Assembly (NCBI RefSeq): GCF_014280195.1
Contig: NZ_CP047960.1
Location: forward strand, 900,001-932,000
Reading direction: 5' to 3'
DNA length: 32,000 bases
DNA from: Synechococcus sp. A15-24
GTDB taxonomy: Bacteria; Cyanobacteriota; Cyanobacteriia; PCC-6307; Cyanobiaceae
The notes below the pieces were generated by a model. That model ran no database searches. It was not told where the DNA came from and saw only the letters and a program-made list of their open reading frames with translations. Below are positions 1 through 4,920 of this stretch, piece after piece. The translations under genes were made by a program, and so were the position numbers. How positions within the stretch are numbered: position 1 is the first letter of the stretch; each line of letters starts with the position of its first letter.

Positions 1-28
1 TCTTGCATGGACTGAGAAGGAAGCCGCG

Positions 29-463
29 TTAAAGCATTTCAGGACGCAATCTGCTGGGCCGATAAGAGATCAGGAAGGCCTGTTGGCCGGCAGCCTCTGA
101 TTTCACGGCAGTGATCAGGTCTTCACCGGTGTTCCAGACCCAGACCTGGTCGTTATGGCTGTCGTGGTCGAGGCTGGTGCTTAGCGGTGGCCCATGTTGA
201 GCGCGCAGGCCTGCAAGCACCTCTGTCATGTCATCAATGGCGAACTCGTAAGCCAGCTTCGTCAGCCCTTGTTCTGGGTCGACTTCAAACGTGGCCTGTG
301 AAACGGGGAGTCGATCCAGAAACACATCTCTCTTGATGTAGCAACCGTCCTGCTCTTCGTTCAGGGCTTGGCCTTGACCCAGATGGATCGCCACTTGCTC
401 GAACGGCATGCCCCATGCCAGCCCTTCGACGCAGGCGTCCACCCTGCCAGCGCTGCAGAACAA
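29..463 (-). CDS. hypothetical protein, no family recognised (possibly disrupted)
   Basis: 144-codon ORF from TTG 463. The first ATG at 409 would give 126 aa (MPFEQVAIHLG...). GC is core-like. An in-frame TAA (476-478) separates it from a 14-codon ATG-initiated stub, MKVLHQLQNLLITA (479-520). Confidence 0.45.
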   Translation of the reverse strand: MFCSAGRVDACVEGLAWGMPFEQVAIHLGQGQALNEEQDGCYIKRDVFLDRLPVSQATFEVDPEQGLTKLAYEFAIDDMTEVLAGLRAQHGPPLSTSLDHDSHNDQVWVWNTGEDLITAVKSEAAGQQAFLISYRPSRLRPEML

Positions 464-723
464 AAGCAGCCCTACTTACGCCGTGATCAGAAGGTTCTGG
501 AGTTGGTGCAGCACCTTCATGCGGCGATCAATCACTGTTCAGATTTTGTTGGTTCGTAGGGCCGTTGCCTACTGCCTTTTGAGGACAAGCCCCTTAACAA
601 GTTCAATGTTGTGACGCCGCAGTTTGAGCAGTCTTGAAGCCCTTTAGCCCAGTTGAGGCTCGCCAGGCATCTAGGTGCACCTAAGCGAGGGTCTTCCTGG
701 TCAGTTTCCCTATACCCCCCGCC

Positions 724-1011
724 AGTTGTCCCAGGGTGGGGTTTTTGAGTGCCTGACTGGGATTTACCCTGGGACAACCCATTTTTTTCAGAGGAGTTGT
801 CCCAGGGTAGATGGGTACACCTATCTGTCTCAGAAGCGCCTGGGACATTTTCCGTCAATTCAGCCGATTGTCCCAGGGTTGTCCCAGGGTTGTCCCAGGC
901 CTACTTCCCTTGCAACGACTGGATTTAACCCTACCTGGGACAAAAATAATTCTCTGTCTCCCCGCGAGGCAGTCACGGCCCAATAAACCAAATTTCCGAG
1001 CCTTGTCCCGG
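724..1011. repeat. array of nine TTGTCCCAGG(G) boxes (iteron-like or integrase arm-site-like)
   Basis: Plus orientation: 726-737, 797-808, 868-878, 879-889, 890-899 and 1003-1011 (degenerate TTGTCCCGG). Minus orientation: 766-777, 839-847 and 934-943. The 14-mer AGTTGTCCCAGGGT is identical at 724-737 and 795-808. The three copies at 868-899 are head-to-tail with an 11-bp period. Confidence 0.85.
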
Positions 1012-1201
1012 TCGGTTCGGAATCGATCAAACCCTTCGCCTTAAGCCGCTGGAGCGATTTCCTGACCGCCGCGTCCACTTTCGGCCTACGGTTAGTGACT
1101 CCACCTCCTCGCGCCTCAGAGGCCCTTCTGCACGCAATAGAGCCCGCTCCTCTTGTGCGCTTCGATGTTTTGCAGATGTTGACCCGAGGGTTTAGCGCTG
1201 T
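860..1201 (-). pseudogene. possible remnant of a winged-helix DNA-binding protein gene
   Basis: The open frame between stop 1202-1204 and stop 860-862 has no ATG; the only listed start is GTG 1078. VRKSLQRLKAKGLIDSEPTGTRLGNLVYWAVT resembles the recognition helix plus wing of a MarR/ArsR-type wHTH. The C-terminal tail GQPWDNPGTIG is simply the translated TTGTCCCAGGG triple repeat. Confidence 0.25.
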
Positions 1202-1377
1202 TCAACATCTTTGGATCCCTGCAGGTGGCTTTCTGTTTGTTTAATAATTGATCTTGTTATGATGATTGCATCGATTTTTTGCATTGCTTGTGCTTCGAGT
1301 TGAGGTTGATGTTTAACTAATGTTGATTACCTCTTCCCTTGAAGCTTATTTGATACGGCCTTAACTGTAGAAAGCAA

Positions 1378-1749
1378 ATGACCTCACCTGTGATTGACGA
1401 TTTTTGTGTGGAAGATCTAAATGATGGGATCTATTCACTTAAGACTACCGAAATGTCTTCTGCTTGCTCAGTTGATAATGTGTCTGAGCTCGAGGAACTG
1501 GTGAGTCGAGAGTATAAGAATATTTGTTCTACATTGTGTTTAGATGACGATGGCGATCGACTCTTGCTGAAAGCTAAATGCTTAGCGCATGTTCAATTGC
1601 TTGGAGCTTTTTTTCATAATTACCAAAAATATTTATACAAGTCTTATGATCACGAGATGGCAAAGCATTTGTATGCTGATTGGTCTCGTCTAGGTATAGC
1701 ATTTAACGTAATTGCAAATGTTCAGAATTCCAGGTTGGGTGATGGTTGA
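1378..1749 (+). CDS. orphan hypothetical protein (acidic N-terminal half, 5 Cys)
   Basis: 123-codon ATG ORF in ~37-40% GC DNA, and the only long ORF on either strand here. No motif recognised. Confidence 0.55.
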   Translation: MTSPVIDDFCVEDLNDGIYSLKTTEMSSACSVDNVSELEELVSREYKNICSTLCLDDDGDRLLLKAKCLAHVQLLGAFFHNYQKYLYKSYDHEMAKHLYADWSRLGIAFNVIANVQNSRLGDG

Positions 1750-1948
1750 GCCTACATTGTTTAGTATGTATGTATAAATGTTGGAATTACTCGATGACCG
1801 CTTTTGTTATGACATGATCAGCAGCAACGCTGGTCTGTTTCTCCCGGTACGGAGTGGCACAGGCTTAAGAATTTCTTTGCGTGGGGTTTCGTTTTTTGCC
1901 TCTTTGCGCTTTCAGTAGTTGCTAATAATATTCAGCTCTAGCAATTCA

Positions 1949-2149
1949 ATGGCATCGACGTCTAAATCATGGATGCGTACCCGTGAACTTGCTGAATATC
2001 TCGGTATCCATAGGAATACGTTGGGTCGGATGATACGAGATGGTGTCTTGAGGGACGGATGCCATCGTTGCAAAATTAATCCCTTGTCTCCTCGAGGAGA
2101 ACATATTTGGGATAGAGATGCTGTTTTGATTGCCTTGAAAAGGCTCTAG
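1949..2149 (+). CDS. xis: excisionase / AlpA-MerR-type helix-turn-helix DNA-binding protein
   Basis: MASTSKSWMRTRELAEYLGIHRNTLGRMIRDGVL...HIWDRDAVL follows the short HTH_17-like pattern: ELAEYLG, then a turn, a recognition helix and a distal Trp. The ORF track starts at TTG 1919; ATG 1949 is preferred. Confidence 0.65.
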   Translation: MASTSKSWMRTRELAEYLGIHRNTLGRMIRDGVLRDGCHRCKINPLSPRGEHIWDRDAVLIALKRL

Positions 2150-2220
2150 TAAGCAATATTCGTTCCGTAGGTACGTTTTAGGGATGGTCTCTTTGGGGAG
2201 TCGTTGCTGCAGTGGTCCCA

Positions 2221-2241
2221 AAGTGGCTTACACAGCCACTT
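2221..2241. terminator. hairpin between convergent xis-like and orfD genes (possible bidirectional terminator)
   Basis: AAGTGGCT-tacac-AGCCACTT forms an 8-bp perfect stem. On the minus strand it is followed by TTTGGG. No strong U-run follows on either strand. Confidence 0.3.
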
Positions 2242-2269
2242 GTGGGGTTGATGCTCACTGTTGTTTGTT

Positions 2270-3295
2270 TCAGGTGTTTAGTTCTCCCCGAGCAATTCTT
2301 CTGTAAGTTGCAAGAACAATGGCTTTGGATGATTGATCTTTGCCATCACTTGTCTTGCCTTGGCAATATGAATTGTCGGCCAATGTGTCAAAGTCTATCT
2401 GCATAGCATGTAAGTTTTTGCAAACCTCCTCAGGCGTTATGCCTAGATGATCTCGCATGGCGTGGAGCTTCGAGCAGTTGACTAAAATTTCTTCTTTACT
2501 TGTTTCTGTAAATCTTTCACGATATTGCTTTGATCCCCCTCCATAGCCCATTAATGCTCCTCCGGCCATAAGTACAACGTATCCACCTGTCATTCCCATT
2601 CCGCCTGCGGCAAGTGAGCCTCCTCCCAGGAACGCGAGTCCTGCTGATGTTGCTGCGGCTCCTGTAAGTCCCATCATTCCGCCGATCATCCCAGCGGCAT
2701 AAGGAGCTACCAGAAGAAGTGCAAGAGCACCAGCCCCAACCCAGATCCACGTGTAATTTTCTCCGTTGACTGTCTTTACGATCTTCTTTGTGCATGCTTC
2801 ATAGTCATCCCGCATGCTTTTAAGCGTGACTGCCGAAAATGTACGCAAAACTGGAAGGTTGCATATGTATTTACAGTAATTATTGAAGTCAATATCGTCC
2901 GTTCTTAGTTTTTGGTATCGGGTGTCTCCCTCTGTGAATTCATGGAAAGGTGCCCATGTAGCTGCCTCAACGCAAAAAGCTGCTGTTTTGGTGTTATGTA
3001 AGTTTGCCTCGTTTAGAGCTTCGTGAAGTTTATCCTCATTAATCAGTTCGCCTAGTTCGAGAAGATCGCAGGTGGTTCTTTTCCATTGTTCGCACCAATC
3101 TGCCTTGAGTTTCCTGTAGCGATCTTGGTCTACTATGTCTGATGAATCTCTGAAAATATTTTTTAGAGATTGGCGGTTCGGAAGGATGCTTTCCTTTGAT
3201 GATGCCTTTAGAGCCCAGTACTTGACGGATGCCAGGAGCCGAACTTCTGATTGATCGAAGGCAAAGCTGTCAGATGCAGGAGAGATCGCGTTCAT
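2270..3295 (-). CDS. orphan membrane protein with central glycine-zipper segment
   Basis: 341-codon ATG ORF with GAGG 3 nt upstream of the ATG. Residues ~182-254 (nt 2534-2752) read WIWVGAGALALLLVAPYAAGMIGGMMGLTGAAATSAGLAFLGGGSLAAGGMGMTGGYVVLMAGGALMGYGGG, with 22 Gly in 72 residues and no charged residue. The flanking N-terminal (~180 aa) and C-terminal (~85 aa) domains are hydrophilic and contain Cys. Low GC. Confidence 0.7.
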   Translation of the reverse strand: MNAISPASDSFAFDQSEVRLLASVKYWALKASSKESILPNRQSLKNIFRDSSDIVDQDRYRKLKADWCEQWKRTTCDLLELGELINEDKLHEALNEANLHNTKTAAFCVEAATWAPFHEFTEGDTRYQKLRTDDIDFNNYCKYICNLPVLRTFSAVTLKSMRDDYEACTKKIVKTVNGENYTWIWVGAGALALLLVAPYAAGMIGGMMGLTGAAATSAGLAFLGGGSLAAGGMGMTGGYVVLMAGGALMGYGGGSKQYRERFTETSKEEILVNCSKLHAMRDHLGITPEEVCKNLHAMQIDFDTLADNSYCQGKTSDGKDQSSKAIVLATYRRIARGELNT

Positions 3296-3304
3296 GCCTC
3301 TGCC

Positions 3305-3387
3305 GAATTTCTTCTATTTACTTTAGGTTTGCGTTTTCCTTCTGTTGAATTTCTTCTATTTACTTTAGGTTTGCGTTTTCCTTCTGT
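3305..3387. repeat. perfect 41-bp direct repeat x2 (42-bp period) in the orfD upstream region
   Basis: GAATTTCTTCTATTTACTTTAGGTTTGCGTTTTCCTTCTGT occurs at 3305-3345 and again at 3347-3387, separated by a single T. The proximal copy ends 10 nt upstream of the orfD ATG (3293-3295, minus strand). Confidence 0.95.
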
Positions 3388-3452
3388 CGATCAATTGATA
3401 TCTTTTTGCTTTTGAATTGGTCTTGTAGGAATTAATGGTATTGGCTTATCTT

Positions 3453-3484
3453 AGCTTGAGCAAGCAAGTGTTCAAGCTTTTTTT
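3453..3484 (+). terminator. intrinsic-terminator-like hairpin on the + strand with no + strand gene upstream
   Basis: AGCTTGA (3453-3459), a 12-nt loop, TCAAGCT (3472-3478), then TTTTTT (3479-3484). The stem is AT-rich, so stability is moderate. Confidence 0.35.
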
Positions 3485-3582
3485 GAATATCTCTGACACG
3501 TGCGTCAATTTCTTTTGAGAAATTCTGCTTGGTAGTTTCCTGAAGGACCCTTGCTGAATTAGTCGCTTGCTTCTGTTTTTTC

Positions 3583-4806
3583 CTATCCGAAGACTTCTCG
3601 GATGATTTCGTTAGAGCGAAAACGGTGATGGTCGGAATATGTCTTGCGGAGCATGTCTTCAGAGGTTGAGAGAAGGCTAGCGATCTGGAGAACGTCTAGT
3701 TGTTTCACTTCTAAAAGCCGTCTCGCTGCGTTATGCCGAAGAGTTCTAAGTCCGATCAGCTCTCGATCTTTCTTCAAGCCACGTTCTTCTGATAGTTCTC
3801 GCCAGATCCAACCGTGGATTGACGCAAGCTCTTGTTCGGTTTTTCTCTGTTGATCTTGACTGGGTTTTTCATCCCATGGGCTTGCCGCGTCTCTTAGGCG
3901 TTGTGGAGGTGTGTTGAGTCGCTTGACGCCGATGGCCTCCAAAAGTTGCTTCCATGACGGGGATAGTTTGGATTGTCGATTCCTGCCGCGTTTGCTGTCT
4001 CGACAATCCACATAGACCCCAACGCCTACTTCCAGACTTCCTGGAGACGTCCATAACAGCCTGGAGGCCATCACCATGGCTCCACGCGCACCTGTGATAG
4101 CGACCCAAGATGTCAGCCAGGCAGCAGCGTGAGCTAAGTCGGATTCCGGAGCTCTATCCCAGAGGTTCAGGATCACTCGCTGGATCTCTGCCGGGTCTAC
4201 GGGTTTTCCCTGTCCAGCCTGTGGAGCTTGGTAGCCGTAGTCCAGGCCAGGATTGAGTTGCTTCCCGTCAGTGGCAATCCCATACAGCAAGCATGCGGAC
4301 GAGATCGCGTCTCTGCGGCTCCGCGCTTCGGCTGGCCAGCTTTGGATCCAACGCAGAAGGTCATCTCTGCTGGTGGCCCTGCAGTTGTTCTCTGAAAGCC
4401 ACTGAACACAGGACTTCAGCCATTTCACCCGTCGCGCAGCGTGCTTCTCAGAGTTCCCTGAGTGTTCGATTCGTCCTAAGGCTTGTCGTTGGTAAACCCC
4501 CAGCGAGCTGCCAACGGGTCCGCCCGCATTCCTTTGGAGGTTGTTGTCGAATTCGGCGAGTGCCGTATCAACAGCCGTTGAGATCACGACGTCACCGTCT
4601 TGGTATGACGCGTTTAACTTCAGCCACTTCTGGTCACCGCTTCCTTCAGGCCTGGTGTTGAAGGTCAGGTAGATCAACTCCTCTCCACTGGGCCTTGTCT
4701 TGCGCCGCAGTGACAGCCCGAAGCGATCAGAGTGCTTGGTGCGGAGATACTTGGCTAGGCCCTTCAGCCTTGCGCTGTTGCGGCGAAGCCCAGTGGCTGC
4801 TGTCAT
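3583..4806 (-). CDS. int: site-specific tyrosine recombinase (phage-type integrase)
   Basis: 407 aa. The C-terminal catalytic signature is visible: WVAITGARGAMV (box I Arg), LRTLRHNAARRL (HxxR) and RKTYSDHH (nucleophile Tyr). GC is intermediate (47-58% on spot counts). Confidence 0.88.
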   Translation of the reverse strand: MTAATGLRRNSARLKGLAKYLRTKHSDRFGLSLRRKTRPSGEELIYLTFNTRPEGSGDQKWLKLNASYQDGDVVISTAVDTALAEFDNNLQRNAGGPVGSSLGVYQRQALGRIEHSGNSEKHAARRVKWLKSCVQWLSENNCRATSRDDLLRWIQSWPAEARSRRDAISSACLLYGIATDGKQLNPGLDYGYQAPQAGQGKPVDPAEIQRVILNLWDRAPESDLAHAAAWLTSWVAITGARGAMVMASRLLWTSPGSLEVGVGVYVDCRDSKRGRNRQSKLSPSWKQLLEAIGVKRLNTPPQRLRDAASPWDEKPSQDQQRKTEQELASIHGWIWRELSEERGLKKDRELIGLRTLRHNAARRLLEVKQLDVLQIASLLSTSEDMLRKTYSDHHRFRSNEIIREVFG

Positions 4807-4807
4807 T

Positions 4808-4862
4808 CAGGGACAGAGTGGCTTGCACGCCTAACCTATCCCTGATTTGTCCCTAAAGCCAC
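4808..4862. promoter_or_regulatory. interleaved inverted 7-mers abutting the integrase start (candidate arm/operator sites)
   Basis: AGGGACA 4809-4815 pairs with TGTCCCT 4848-4854. GTGGCTT 4818-4824 pairs with AAGCCAC 4856-4862. The TGTCCC core matches the 724-1011 boxes. Confidence 0.4.
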
Positions 4863-4920
4863 TCGCACAAGGTTGTGCCCAGTTGCACAGCTTGAGACCA
4901 CGAGAGAGTTGAATCCAGTC

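Larger units (their letters stand above)
647..4885. mobile_element. putative small integrative element (tyrosine integrase + excisionase-like HTH + orphan cargo); boundaries provisional
   Basis: Contains int (3583-4806) and a xis-like gene (1949-2149). GC drops to 37-40% (hand counts on 1261-1320 and 2881-2940) versus about 58-73% in flanking genes. A 9-bp direct repeat, GCCCAGTTG, lies at 647-655 and 4877-4885. TGTCCC-core boxes cluster near both ends. An alternative left edge is ~1232, where the GC shift begins and GTGGCTT occurs at 1225-1231 and 4818-4824. Confidence 0.45.

Noticed and set aside
868-899. Possible CRISPR array
   Set aside because: The units are 11 bp and contiguous without spacers, other copies are inverted and irregularly spaced, and there are no cas genes.
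1010-1028. tRNA T-arm-like string GGTCG-GTTCGGAAT-CGATC
   Set aside because: The loop would be 9 nt rather than 7 and lacks the canonical TTCRANY pattern. No acceptor, D or anticodon arms can be drawn around it.
532-1044. ORFs 532-858(-), 675-986(+) and 811-1044(+) across the box array
   Set aside because: They overlap each other in three frames. Their sequences are dominated by translated copies of TTGTCCCAGGG (PWD/SQG/CPRV repeats), and no start or RBS context supports any of them.
2212-2406. Small ORFs antisense to or overlapping island genes (1967-2221 -, 2212-2406 +, 2517-2795 -, 3644-3853 +, 3869-4108 -, 4197-4409 -, 4293-4661 +)
   Set aside because: They lie inside, or antisense to, longer and better-supported ORFs (xis, orfD, int). 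No independent signals support them.
3435-3518. 27-codon + strand ORF MVLAYLSLSKQVFKLFLNISDTCVNFF (type-I-toxin-like idea)
   Set aside because: It is not clearly hydrophobic enough for a TM peptide. The terminator-like hairpin and T-run (3453-3484) sit inside it, so a transcript ending there could not encode it. No supporting evidence.
4807-4920. Search for a tRNA, tmRNA or tRNA 3' fragment at the integrase-proximal junction
   Set aside because: There is no GTTCRANYC T-loop or cloverleaf on either strand. Only the 7-mer inverted pairs and a small imperfect hairpin (4868-4893) are present. The element therefore does not appear to use a tRNA target within this window.
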